DNA of 64,000 bases, from NCBI RefSeq assembly GCF_009914755.1, contig NC_060936.1. The stretch is one strand, 5' to 3'. The DNA is from the human T2T-CHM13v2.0 reference genome, Homo sapiens. The position numbers and the translations under genes were made by a program. Numbering within the stretch: the stretch's first letter is position 1; each line of letters starts with the position of its first letter. Shown here piece after piece: positions 47,820-62,136 of the stretch. The notes beneath the pieces were generated by a model. That model had not been told where the DNA came from. It made no database searches and saw only the letters and a list, made by a program, of their open reading frames with translations.

Positions 47820-49829
47820 AGAAAGGCTAGATCCTTACCTCTTGTGTTAATATATTTCAATATGTATTTTATTAATCTCATAAAATTTTACTTTTATGTA
47901 TAGTTTACAATGAACTGATTTATCATGAAAATACACTTGCATTAAAATTGCATAAGTGCAGAATGAATTTAGAACAGTATTATCATCTCAGTGTTCATCT
48001 TCCCACCAAGGTACATTTAATATATATTCAATTTATAATGTCTTCACTAATGACCTTCTTTATGCCTTTTAATAAAGTATCATAGTCTTTTCTATATATG
48101 CCATATACATTATTAGGTATATCAGTTTATTTAATAAAAAAATTTCACTAAATATTTACAATGTGTCAACATACTATTCAAAAGCAGAAGATAAAATGTT
48201 GAGCAAATAAAGACAAAGGCTCTGTTCTCATGAAGATAATCCAGCAGAAGTCAGCCATTGAGTACATAATCACAGAAATAATTATACACATGAGACTGGA
48301 AAATGCTACAAATAACTGGTACATAAGATATCATAACAGAGAAATTTGGCGTAATTATAAGAGAATAATTAGACTTCTCCTTTTACCTGTCACAGAATGA
48401 AAGAAGAGGAGTCTGTGCACATGCTCTATGGCTAGAAGGATCGTGGCTAAAGTTACAATTCACACAAATTTTCCCAGAGAAATCCTGATTTATGCCTGTT
48501 GTCCCAGAGTAATTGTTAATATGAACTACTGTCATTCTTACAGTTATCCTTGTTTGCACAATAGTTATGCAGTCACACTAACCACGTTACATTCAATGAA
48601 CTAAAAGACAACAACTGTGGCTGGAGGCTGGTTCGGGAGAAAGGGTGTGCTTTTAGCTGGGGAAGGGAGCTGTGGACCAAGTATGGAAGGGCCTTGTAAA
48701 CCATGTTCAGGCTTTTAAAATTTACACTGAATCCACAGTGTTAAGAAACTAATCAGTAAAGGTAAGTGAGTTTATAAAATTTGCATTTTGAGGAGACAAT
48801 TCTGGAAATCGATTAGAAAGAATCAAGGGTAGGCATAGTAATATCACTTGGGGGTTTATGGAGTAGACAGAGAGGGAGATTATTGCCTCAGATTAGATGG
48901 GTAGGAGTGCAGATGTGGACAATTACACTGGCTCAGTGAGCCGAGATATTCAGTGGCTGTGAGATAACACAGGTGGCCCCTAGCGTCACCTCACTAGACA
49001 TTCGGTCAACAGATGCAGGGTAAGTTAACAGTATTAAAGTATGTGATTTATGTGATTTTTTTCTTGATCCTAGTAAGGACCAGGGCTGGGAATATAAAGT
49101 GTTTGAAAGTAATGTACCAGGCGTTTTTAAAGATATCTAAGAAGAAATGTCAAATAAGAGGCTTGAAAAGTGGACCTGGAAATTGGATATTAGATCTTGC
49201 TGGTATATAAGAAAGCTATTTTAATTTTGGATTGAGTTTACTTATTGAACTGTTCTTTTTATTTTGATTGTTTCTTTCCAGTAGTTTCTTTTTTAACCAT
49301 CTGGATAAGAAAGCGCGTCATCTGCATATAATTTCAGTCGTTAATTTCAATTCCAGTTTATATTATGTCTAACTAGGTTTTCTTACATTGTGGCTTTTCC
49401 TTGCCGAAGACATGCAAAAAAATGTTGAATACTAATAGTTATAGCAGTCATCCTTGTCTTCCTGATTGAAAATGATTATAATGTTTCACTGTGAAAGATA
49501 ATATTTGCTGAAGGCTCTTATAAATACTCTTAATCAAGTTAAATACGTTTGTATTTATTTCCTTTTCTCCTATTGAAACATCTCTTGATAAGTGAACAAA
49601 TTTTTATCCCCAAGTTAAACCAGAATTTTATCATTATAACAGTGATGTATTATGTTGGCTCTTTTATGTAGGACTTTTGTTTTCTTTTTGTTTTTCTGTT
49701 TGTGAGGAATATTGTCCTAAAATATTTTCCTGTATGTAGAAATAATCCTAAACTAATTTTACTGATTTTAGGTGGGGTGGAGTGAGAATCTTTCATCCTT
49801 TGGTAGATACTGAACAGCTTATCTAGTAG

Positions 49830-50225
<396 letters not shown>

Positions 50226-51076
50226 TAGCTTACTTATTTTGTCTGCAGTATGTAGTAATATTTATTCAAATTGTCTCTTTTTTCCCAAGTCATTTTATCA
50301 TAGTACGTATCTTCATAGGAAATCATACATTTCAAAAAAGTTTATGTTTATTACTAAAAGTTACATATTCTTTTCTATACTAAAATAGTTCACTTTGAGA
50401 TTAGAATTGGTTTATATCTATCTATGCCTCCATATGTTTTGGGTTGTTTTTCTTTTTTTAATGAATCAAATTCATCTTAACTTTCTATTTTTAAAGAACT
50501 TCTTCATGTTTCTAGTTTTCTTATAGTACGGAGTATTTGATAAATTTATTATTTTGAAAGATTATATGTTTTATAATATTAAGACAAATTTAGTGCAAGC
50601 AATATGCAGATTCAGTTTGATATCTTGATCATTCTTTCATTTTTTGATGATTCTGTACCTACCATCTTCTATTGCCTCTATTAAATTGCTCTTTCAAATG
50701 ATCTGAACTTAATGCCATAATAAGTTAACTTTTAACTGCCAAACCAATAACATCTATAAACATTTTCACATTTTATTACATCTCACAGCTTGTGAATCTA
50801 ATGTCAATAACAATATAATAAAATATAGAATACTGGTACTATTTTCCGTTTCTATCAAACCACTCAGCTATCCACTAACATCTTTTTATGAGGACACCGG
50901 GGCCTATGCCATTGCTGATAACTCAAAAAACTGAATTGATAAAATTACTTGTATATAATTAAAATAACAAATGAGAAAAATATCTTGATGAAAACCTTAG
51001 AACCAAATTTAAAGGCTATTTAAAATTATATTTTAGTAATTAAAAAATTAATGAAGTTGCTCTAAAAAATACTTAC

Positions 51077-51160
51077 TCTTAGCTACCATAGCTGCAACTA
51101 TTACCAGAGCGATTAAATAAAGGAAGGCAAATATCACAGCAACAATGCACCATGGAGACA
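51077..51160 (-). pseudogene. C-type lectin-like receptor, exon 3 (transmembrane)
   Basis: Acceptor cttctctctttttgaacAG|, 84 nt, phase 1-1, open: (V)SPWCIVAVIFAFLYLIALVIVAAMVAK. Donor AGA|GTAAGT. The 'SPW' plus hydrophobic helix is typical of NKC type II receptors. Confidence 0.9.
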
Positions 51161-51502
51161 CTGTTCAAAAAGAGAGAAGTTGGCTAATGTCATCAATGGA
51201 AACCAGATTCAGGAGTTGATACTGAAAAGAACTGTCACCAAGAATATTTAACCCACTTGAATTGGTCTAAAATGTAAGTTCATGGGAGCACCGTGCTGTG
51301 GGAAAATATACCTCAGCTTGTGGGGAGTAATTCTAAAAATTATTTTGCAGATTTAGGTGCATCCTGAGAAGATATTAATATTTTGATGTAGATATGCGCT
51401 GTTTATGAACTAACAAGTTGCCCTAGTAAAGAACTCTTCCAAAGGCTACAAAAGAGCACTTCAGAAATCCTACTGTGGGTTTAGTTCATTTCCCTCCCGT
51501 AA

Positions 51503-51800
51503 TTTTTTTTTTTTTTTGAGACAGAGTCTCGCTCTGTCGCCCAGGCTGGAGTGCAGTGGCGTGATCTTGGCTCATTGCAACTTCTGCCTCCCAGTTTCAA
51601 GTGATTCTCCTGCCTCAGCCTCCTGAGTAGCTGAGATTACAGGTGCATACCACCATGCCCGGCTAATTTTTGTATTTTTAGTAGAGACGAGGTTTCACCA
51701 TGTTGGCCAGGCTGGTCTCGAATTCCTGACCTCAGGTGATCCGCCTGCCTTGGTCTCCCAAAGAACTGGGATTAGAGGCGTGAGCCACCGCAGCCGCCTC
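51503..51800 (-). mobile_element. AluS (in intron 2 of the lectin-like gene)
   Basis: Antisense dimer. Confidence 0.9.
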
Positions 51801-52285
51801 CACTCCCTAATTGTTTTTTTTTTTTTTTAAACTATATCTTTCATCTTTGTAACAGAACTAGGTTAAGAACAAAACTCCAACTTTTGCTGTTGGCCAGACA
51901 GGTATTCTGTGACCGTTTTGATAAAAGTTACTTCATCGTGTTCATCATGAGGTATCTCACATCCTCCATTTGTAGAAATACTGAAGCACTAAAAAGACAC
52001 TTAACTTTTTCGAAATTAAAATATCAAAACCAGGAAATTGTGTATGAAACATTCTTTTTCCATGATTTTGGTACACCATTCTAAGTCATCGTGGCCATCG
52101 CCGCCTGGTTGACCATTCTCATTTGCTCTTAACAGAGCACTGTAGGTTACTATGACCCACTAAAAAGTGTAGGGACAAGAAATCAATCCTGATTCAAACA
52201 TTAGCTCAAGAATATTTGTTTTCGTGATTAGTTCATTAAAATATTTAAGCCAAAAAGTGAATCTAGAGTTTTAAATGGTTTTTAC

Positions 52286-52381
52286 CTTTTGTTTTCAAAG
52301 TTTTAGTTATTTTTCCGTTCTGGATATTTGAAGAACAATGAACTTTGAGGTCTGAGTATATTATACTTTCCTCAGAAAACT
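52286..52381 (-). pseudogene. C-type lectin-like receptor, exon 2 (cytoplasmic, ITIM)
   Basis: Acceptor ttttttAG|, 96 nt, phase 1-1, open: (E)FSEESIIYSDLKVHCSSNIQNGKITKTLKTK. Donor AAG|GTAAAA. IIYSDL (52347-52364) fits the ITIM consensus I/V/L/S-x-Y-x-x-L/V. Confidence 0.88.
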
Positions 52382-53253
52382 CTAAAAAAGATTAAAAAAA
52401 TGCATCCAACAACTATAATCCAGCTATATGTATATACACATACTTATATGATAAATAAACATATAATTAAATGGCATATTATATGTGATACAAATTGTCA
52501 CATTTTATAATCATAAGAAAGTTTTAAAATTGGCTCCATTTTTTTTTGCTTTGTGAAATGTGGTAAATTCTTACTCTTTTAAAAAAATTCTTAGTTCCTT
52601 ATCTATAATATACAGGTAACAATACAATAATCGTTTATAGATCTATTGTAGAGATTAAGTTAATGTATATAAAGTCGATAGCATAGTGTTTGAAACATAT
52701 TAACCACTCAATATGTGTTTTTCTTTAGTAGTAGTAATAATACCGGTGGTGTAGAATAGTAATTGTAAGAATATAATGGGCATTAGCATCTGCAGTAAAA
52801 TTGGAAATAGAAGCAAGAGTAGAAATATTCAAATTAATTTAAATGCCTATTTCTGCCTCCTCTTATAGTTGAATTTAATCCTAATGAAAGGAGCATGAAA
52901 AGCCGTTATCTAATTCTCACTAAATAAATTCCTTCCACAACATATTGCGTGTATTCCTTCAGTACAAGTGAAGCAGAACTCATAGACACCAAAAGTCAAT
53001 GACATTCACCAAAAGTCAATAACATTACCCTAAATAATATTAAACCTAGTGCAACTGTAAATATTTACTTACCAAACTATAATTTTCTGAGATTTAAGTC
53101 CCCTCTAATTAGAAAATCCTGAACTCATTTATAAAGACAAAAGATTTTCAAATCCTCCTCTAAAAGTACCTGGTTATGAACTCATTATTTTTAATATTAT
53201 TTTCTCATCAAAAGAAGAGATGATTTAGCAATAACAGCAGAATCTGGTTTTAC

Positions 53254-53335
53254 CTGTATTTATTTCATGAAATGCCACTGGCGAAGGTTGAAGATCATGA
53301 GAGAGCCTGGACAGTGCTGATGTCTCTAGTTCCAT
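53254..53335 (-). pseudogene. C-type lectin-like receptor gene/pseudogene, exon 1 (start exon)
   Basis: Minus strand acaATGG (strong Kozak), 82 nt open: MELETSALSRLSHDLQPSPVAFHEINT+g. Phase-1 donor CAG|GTAAAA joins exon 2 in frame. Confidence 0.7.
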
Positions 53336-54701
53336 TGTTCAGATTAAATTGTAAGGGCCAATGAGCACAGGGTCAGAATGAGATGGGACCAAGGCAACAG
53401 AAGTCTTAATATTGCGACATCAGAGAGGATGTTTACAGTAAGGCTAATATGTAAACTATGTTTTTGACTTAAGAAAATTAAAGATAATGTACTCTTACAA
53501 ATTAAATTTGTTTTTTCTTTTATGTATGATGAACCACTTTTTTATTTCTAAAGATAAAATTTTAAATATTAACCATAAAGATTTCCTCTTTGCCTTAATT
53601 GCTATTTTTTTAAAATTAGAAAACAATAGACTAAATAACGTAATATAAATAAATGACATTGCATTTGAATGATTGTAACAGATACGGATTTTCAGAAATA
53701 CCTTTTTTGTGATTGTAAATATTTATGCTCATTGTAGATGATTCAGTTGAACACAACATACAACCCTATTCCCTCGATATAATCTCTAACATAATTATTC
53801 ACAGCTTTATCTAATTTTTCAAATGACCAATGGATGTTTCACTTTAAAAAGTAAAATAACTGTCAAATTAAATAATGAAAACAATTAGTACTTATTTCTA
53901 TAATAAAATTTTTACAGTCATTAAACATAGATGAGATAGCTTTTCAGGTATTTATGTGGATAATTTTCCATGATACATTAAGTGGAAAAAAGTAAAAGTA
54001 TTACATAGTATAACTTTATATTTTGGTAGAAAGAATTCTATAATTATATGTGTGTTTGTAATAGAATAAGATTATATGTCTGACCTGAAAAGATTGTAAT
54101 GTAATAATATTTTGGTCATTAACTTGTTAAATTTGTATTTTTCATATGTGGTTTTCTATTTTTGTGTTACTGTTTCTGATGAGCATAATTTGTTTTTATC
54201 ATTGAAAGGACTAAAGTGTGCATATGTGAAATTTCTTTTATAGTCTAATGTATGCTCTGAGACATACACACCACAGTAACCACAGGTCAACTGCCCTCTC
54301 CTTTGATGGATAGAAATAAACTTCATAACAAAAGCATATAATTTCATTGGCAGACTATGGAGCATTGTTGGGTCTTAAGTTGTTTTGGAAGAGTGCAAAG
54401 ATGATGATCAACTTCAGATATTAATAATTCATATATACATGGATTAAATTCTAGAGTGAGTAGTAAAATGATGAAAGTATAATTTCAAAAATTACAGAAG
54501 AAAAAATAGATTGAGAAAAATACGTACATTCAAAAGAAGTTATAAGGGTGGGTGGAGTGGGGGAGAGATGTAAGATCAGGCAAGGACAAGTAGAAAGCAT
54601 AAATTTATGTAAATTATAAAAAATCAGACATATCAACAGTAAAGGTAAACTCTGTAAATGTTCCAGGAAAAACAATTAAAAATTATCACAATGGGTTCTT
54701 A

Positions 54702-55028
<327 letters not shown>

Positions 55029-55614
55029 TTATTTACAAAAATTACATCTAGTAGATAAGGATGTGAAATGGTTGAAAATAGAAGATCAACATTTATGTAG
55101 TGCAAATATTAATCAAACCAAAGTATCATAGCTCCTGATATCTGACAAAACACACTTTAAGGAAAAATGTAGTAAGAAGATGGGTCTTTTAATAATAATC
55201 AAAGTTTCAATTCAACAGTAGTATATCACAATTTTAATATAACCCTTTAACACAATTAGATTAAATTGTGCTACCTGGAGGCGTTTGTCTAAACTGCCAT
55301 ATGTTTAATTTCTTTTTCATGCTGTCTCTTTGTCTCTATGGGCTGTGTTTTGAAAAATGACTTCAGAAATGTCATTCAATTCATTAATTCTCTCTTCATC
55401 CGTGTCTAAGTAGACATTAAATATATCCAATATATTATTTTGTCTTTCAAAAAATTATATTTAGTTCTTTTACAACTCCATAAATTTATGTATTTTAAAG
55501 AGTTTTTTGTTTTCTAAACACATTTCCAAATTTGTCTTATGTTCCCTTAACCATGGTAAATATAATTAATTTATACCATGTGTCTGATTATTGAGGTAAT
55601 GGTTGTTTTGTATC

Positions 55615-55910
55615 TTTTTCTTTTTTGGAGAAGGAGTGTTGCTCTGTCACCCAGGCTGGAGTGCAATGGTGTGATCTCGACTCACTGCAACCTCCACCTC
55701 CCAGGTTCAAGCGATTCTCTGCCTCAGCCTCCTGAGTAGCTGGGATTACAGGCGTTTGCCACCACACCCAGCTAATTTTTGTATTTTTAGTAGAGATGGG
55801 GTTTCACCATGTTGGTCAGGCTGGTCTCCAACTCCTGAACTCAGGTGATCTGCCTGCCTCAGCCTCCCAAAATGCTGAGATTATAGGCGTGAGCCACCGT
55901 GCCTAGCCGT
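55615..55910 (-). mobile_element. AluS
   Basis: Antisense dimer. Confidence 0.9.
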
Positions 55911-57208
55911 TATTTTGTATCTTCTGTCTTTTTTGTTCCTACTGGTTCTTTTTCAGGTACTTTGCTTGTGTGCTTAGTTTTTTATTTGTTTCTAGCTCTG
56001 AGTGTCTCATCTTTCTCACTAATTTATTCATGGTAAATCATTAAGCTTGGGATGAAATGGGTTGTTCTAGAGAACATTACAAATTAAGTTTGTATTTTCT
56101 CCTGCTAGGTGACAAGAAATATTACTAATTTAGACTATTTTAAAATGAAATCTTGACCTGCTGATCTTTTTAACCGGTGGTGGTGTTAATGCAACCTGCA
56201 AATCCACATGATGTCTGGCTCCAGAGATACTATTTCAGGAAGAAAATGTTCTTTCAACCATCGGGGGAAGCTGATTTAGTTTAAGTTTACCTTATCCGAA
56301 GCATGTAGTTAGGGTTAGGTGTTGCGGGAATTGTTGAGTTACTTGAGAAACCAGGTATTCAAAGTTCACAGTTACAATGGAATGTTATTTTAGTCATACC
56401 TCTAATATCAAGTGAGATAATATGCAAAACTGCGTTTGTATATCCTCCACTCTTTTTAAGATAAACTTTTATGATAATAAAAATTACCAATTAGATAAAT
56501 CAATTAATATTTTTCCCTCTGAAATATGACAAACATACAGGAAAGGACAGAAAACATATATGTAGAGATTAATGAATAATGATAAAAGTTAAGTAAAGAT
56601 AGATATTACCACACCCCAGAGTGTTTCCTGCATTGATCCTCCTTATTACAATGCTTCCTCCTAGAATTAATCATTCTTCTGATTTTCTTGCTTCTTATGC
56701 ACATATTCTTAGTAGCTTTTTTGCTTATTTTAATTATATTTGTGTGAATAGAATGAAACTATACTTTTTTTGCATTGTTTTATTCTGTATTTATTAGAGT
56801 TATCTGTGTTGCTGTGGACAGCTGTAGTTTACTTGTGTATGTAATTTCTTTGTATGATATACTCTCAATCAGTTTACTTACTCTACCTTTGATGGACATT
56901 TAATTGCTTTCTTTTCAGGACTATTATAAATAATAGTCCTTGGATGTTCTCTGTATTTCTTAAATTATCACCTCACTACACTTGTAATCTATATTTAAAA
57001 TTATAATATGTTTTCTGTTCTTGTGCTTTGTTTGTTTGGATATTTAGTGACTAGGTCGGTATATGGGTATAAATGTTTATAAATTTCTCTAGGGTAGCCT
57101 TTGACATTTTCTGTTTATCACAGCCTTTTAGTATCTTTATCCTTTTGGCCTTTGCTCACTTCCTGTAAGAGAGATGGTTTAAGGGCAGTGATCAAAATTT
57201 GAAAATAA

Positions 57209-57410
<202 letters not shown>

Positions 57411-58679
57411 TGACAAAAAAAAAAAAAAGTAAAATAATGGTCAATTTCCAGTGATAATCAAGGTGAAATTTGAGAGCCTGATATGAATTAGCACCAGGAA
57501 GTTTGACCTCTATCCTCAGAATATGCAATCTGGACACAGAAAAAGAGAAGATGAAGTTTCTTTTTAAAAATTTTAATTATTCTTTTCTGCATACTTAGTG
57601 ACAAGAGATGATGAAATTTAATTTAGCTGCATGCCACAGTTAATTAGGCGTATGTAATGGAAAATAAGAAATAAGTGGAAACAAAATCATTCAGATGACT
57701 CACCATTAAGTCTAGTTTTGTGTGGTTAGGGCATGGCAGTAGCAACAAATGAGAAAATAAAAGTCAAGCCTGAAGAAGAAATTAAGCAGAATGAATGAAA
57801 TAAATACAAAGGCAAATGTTGGCCTCACAGAGTTTTTTTTTTTTTTTTTTTTTTTAGATATTTGATATTCCAAAGGTAGAGGTGGGTTTCTGATCTATCT
57901 CAAACATGCAGGGTACATGGAACTGTAGACTCACTGAGACTCACCCATTTAACTGTATCCCCACTACTGATTCTAATTGCATGAAATATTTAGACCTTTA
58001 ATACATTCACTGAGCTAAGAAAAGCAAGGAGGAAGCGGAAAAGGGAAAAATATAAACAAATGTTATTAACTCCCTATTTGATAGTCATTTTAATTTTTAT
58101 TATAGGGGAGAACTTAGTCCCTAAATAAATCAATTGCTATTTTGGTTTTGGATAGGTGGTGGTGTTTTTTTACTGAGTTTATTATTATTTTCCCACTTCA
58201 TGGTGGAAAAGAATGAAGGAGAGTAGAATTTGGAAGCTGAATTTGTGAATTTGGGACTCAGTTCTGCCATTGATTGATTATGTTATGATATGCAAACAGC
58301 CTATATAAAAATGATTTTTTTACTTCACTTATTTCTTTTCTAAAATTGTATAAAAATATTTCACAGGTGATTCTGAGAATCACAATTAAAATGTATTTGA
58401 ATACAATCTTAACTGTGATATACTATTTAGAAATTATAATTTTTATTTATTTTATGATATTACTTCAATTAGTCCCTCTGATTTTTAAAAATTAGTAGAC
58501 TTTATGTTTTAGAAAAGTTTTAGATTACAGAAAATATTGATCAGTTAGTGCAGACTCAATCAACAGCTTAATTCCAACTGGTCTCATCAGAGAATGTGGA
58601 CATCTGTATTTTACATGTACATCTGTGATTCCTTTCAGGTTAAATTTTGTGAAAGGTTTAAAGTCTGTGCACTATTTGA

Positions 58680-59195
58680 TCTCTACCAGTGCTGCCTGGA
58701 TTTATCGTTATTCTGGACATGACAACACAGCGACCATCATAGACTGGCAGAGAGTGAAGGACTGTTTCTTATGCAGAGGCTTCCACTGCATGCCAGACTT
58801 GTGGCCCCTGCCTAAGATGATCCTATTGTTTTCTGGAGGAGGAGACCACATTGCACAGGGTATTGCCCCTACTCACTTTTGGCAGATTAACTACAATGGA
58901 TATTTGACCCTCTCTTGTAGCTGTCCGTTGAGCCTCACTCTGTGTGCGCTTTCCTAGGTGATAGTATTACTATTCCAGTCTTATCAGCCAACTCAAGCCA
59001 TTCCATTTGACCTGTGAAAATAATCCATGTCAGGTTTTCAGGTTTCCAAGCCATTTACAGTCTGAAAATGGTGCCTGTCTTATCAAAAAAGCCACTTATA
59101 AGGCTAATATTTAAAGTATTTGGTGGACTTCCATGCTCCCTACCATCTGTAGGCATCTGGTATTGTTAAGCTTTGGTATGGCCTCCTCAAAATTA
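58680..59195 (+). mobile_element. fossil ERVL-class (class III) integrase region
   Basis: AAWIYRYSGH...DCFLC (decayed HHCC zinc finger), HIAQGIAPTHFWQINYNG (cf. WQIDYIGP), GFPSHLQSENG (cf. IQSDNG), FHAPYHL*ASGIVKLWYGLLK (cf. FHxPYHPQASGLIERWNGLLK). Confidence 0.78.
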
Positions 59196-59705
59196 CACAA
59201 AAGCAATTTCTGACTCTACCTTCCTCATCTCTTCTTGGTCCACATATTATGAATTCAAGAACAGTCCCTGAACTAGTGCTGTCTTGATTCCTATTTATTT
59301 TCTGACCTATTGCTTAACTTGTGTATGCTATATAAGCTGTGTTTAATGGTAACCATTGATTTAAAAACACTTACTGCTATTTGCAAAGTAAGTCCTTAGT
59401 TTTAAATTATATCCTTCCGAAAACTGCCACTTAAGTAAAGTTATTTGCTACTGATTGCTAAGAAAATGTTACTTCTTTTAACATGTAATGCAAATCATGG
59501 CTGTTTTTGTTTTGTTTTGTTTTGTTTTTTCCTGTATGAACAACTTTCTTCCCTGGGAGAATTAGATATAGCAAATTTGCACAGAGGCATACTCTTTCTT
59601 AAAGGGAATGTTAAATATGATAAATGGCTTCTCAGATATGTATGCTATTTTCATTGTGTTTTACAATTCTTTTTTTTTTTTTTTGTAAAAACATGTTAGC
59701 ATCAG

Positions 59706-60070
59706 TTTTTTTTTTTTTTTAATTTTAGGTTTAGGGGGTACCTGTGGAGATTTGCTACATGGGTAAATTGAGTATTCTGGGGATTTGGTTTACAGGTTAT
59801 TTCATTACCCAGGCAATAAGCATACTACCCAACAGGTAGTTTTTTGATCCTCACCCTCCTTCTACTCTCCACCCTCAAGCAGGTCCTGGTTTCTATTGTT
59901 CTCTTCTTTGTGTCCACATGTATTCAATGTTTAGCTCCCACTTATAAGTGAGAACATGCAGTATTTGGTTTTCTGTTTCTGTGTTAGTTTGCTTAGGATA
60001 ATGTCCTCCAGCTTCATCCATGTTGCTGCAAAAGACATGATCTCATTCTTTTATGTGGCTGCGTCATATG
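59706..60070 (-). mobile_element. old L1PA (PA15/16-like) 3' end
   Basis: Poly-T followed by aattttaggtttagggggtacctgtg... antisense L1 3' UTR. Confidence 0.85.
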
Positions 60071-61681
60071 CATGGCTGTTTTAGTCACTTACAGTTTCAG
60101 AAAAATGATTTTTAAAATGGTCTAGCTTCCTGTTTCTCTAGTATAAATGCCTGAATGTGTTTTCTGGAAATCTTATTATCAAATCACATTTTATTTTTCT
60201 AAGCAGAATGAGTTCAAGATTGTAAAGGATTCTGATTTATATAAATAGGCAGTATGACAGGTATTCAGGGGTTTTCTTTATATGCATGCACTTGCCCATT
60301 ATTTCTGTTTACAAATTACGTTACCTAAATACATCCAATTGAGACAAAATCTCAAAGAATGCATGTTCAGAACATGATTATAATACTTACATAATCATAT
60401 GTATAACTTGTATCAAGAATTTTTCCATCCTTATATTATTTCTTATTCTCATTACATCAAAATTTTTCCTGCCTCATGTTATTTCACATTATTATCTGTC
60501 TCTACATTCCTCCCTCTTTCCTCTTCCAACAAAAAATCCTTTTATGATTCTGAAGCTAATGTTGTTACCTGTGGTCCTACTTGTCCAAATGATAATGACA
60601 CTAATGTGATAGTTAATAGTGGTCACCACATCCAGGCTTGCAAATCTCAGTTTTGATTTCCTTCTCCTCTGTTAAGTAAAACCTACTGCTTCTGGGCCAG
60701 ATACACAGATTTGACTTTCAATATCTCTTGCAGTAGAATTTTATTATTTTTCATCAGAAATGTCTTTCTCCTTTCCCATGACACAAGTTAGAATTACCAA
60801 CAATCGTTACAATAACATCGGTGGTCTAGGTGCTAAATGTTCTTTCCAGGGCTAGCAACACTGTGGTTGGAAGTGTTCTGTACAGAGGAACGTACAGTGA
60901 AATGATGTGTCAGCCACACTTTTTGCACACCTTGAGTGTATTAACCAGATGCCTGATGTTTAAATGAAAAATAATCACTGGATTAAATGCAGGAGAAAAA
61001 TCTCTTTTCCTTTCTGAAGAAAAAATTCAACATGGGCTAGATCAGAATAGAGATGGACCGCTTCAGAATAAATATTTATTTAATAATTATATGGAAAACA
61101 TTTAAGTAGCCAATATTCTAGGAAAATATACAGCAGAATACTTAATCAGAACTTTGTTTTTATTTCTTTATTATTAATTGCAAATAGATTTTTTAGCTAC
61201 CCATAGTCTAGACAATATTGTGTAGGGCAGCAGGATGATGTTCACGCCGTGCTCCATCGTTGAGTATCAGAAGATGCCAAGAGTTCAGGACAGATTCTAG
61301 CCATTTCCAGGACCTGAAAATGAGGAAGGAGCTAGAGAATTATATAATTTTTCCACTTTCTCATCCCAGCTTCTCTTCTCCTACCAATGCTTTCCAATGG
61401 TTGAAAACAGACAGAAGCCAGAGGGTGAGGAAGACTGTGTGATACAGTTGTCAGAGCTCAGCTGCACAGAATGCAGCAAAAAAGCATGGAGAATGGAGGT
61501 GAGGTGTGGTTTGAAAACCAGGTGTTGAGAATCCTGCCCCCAGAAGCCTGTGGTGGTAGAGTTGTGAAAGATCCACTGGGAACCCGTTGCACATCCATAT
61601 AATAAACTATGTGTGAATGTTTCTTGTAGGTAAAAGGGGTCCAGATGAGAGCAGGGAATAACCTGGACTCATCCTAGATTC

Positions 61682-62136
61682 TATAGTAGGCTGAATAATG
61701 GCTCCAAGTATATCCAGGTCATAATCATTGGAAGCTGTGAATGCTACCTTATAGGGCGAGAGATACTTAGGAGAAGTGAGAAGAGATTGAGGATCTTGAG
61801 ATTGAAGGATTATTTTGGATTATCAAAGTCAGCTTAAAATGTAACCCCAAGTATCCTTATAAAAGGGATGCAGAGGGAGATTTGAGTACAGAAAAGGAGG
61901 AGGCAGTGCAATCATGGGAACAGAAGCTGGAAAGACAAAACCACAAGTGAGGGAACGCTGGCAGACATGAGAAGCTGGATGAGGAGAGGAACAGATTCAG
62001 CCCTGCTGTAACCTTGATATTAGCTCCATAAGACTTTTCAGACTCCAACCCTCTAAAACTGTAAGAGAATAATTTTTGTTGTTTTTCTTACTAAATTTGT
62101 GCTTGTTTGTTACAGCAGCAATAGTATACTAAGACA
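61682..62136 (+). mobile_element. MLT1 (MaLR) LTR
   Basis: tagtaggctgaataatggctcc...gtttgttacagcagcaatag...ctaagaca. Confidence 0.75.
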
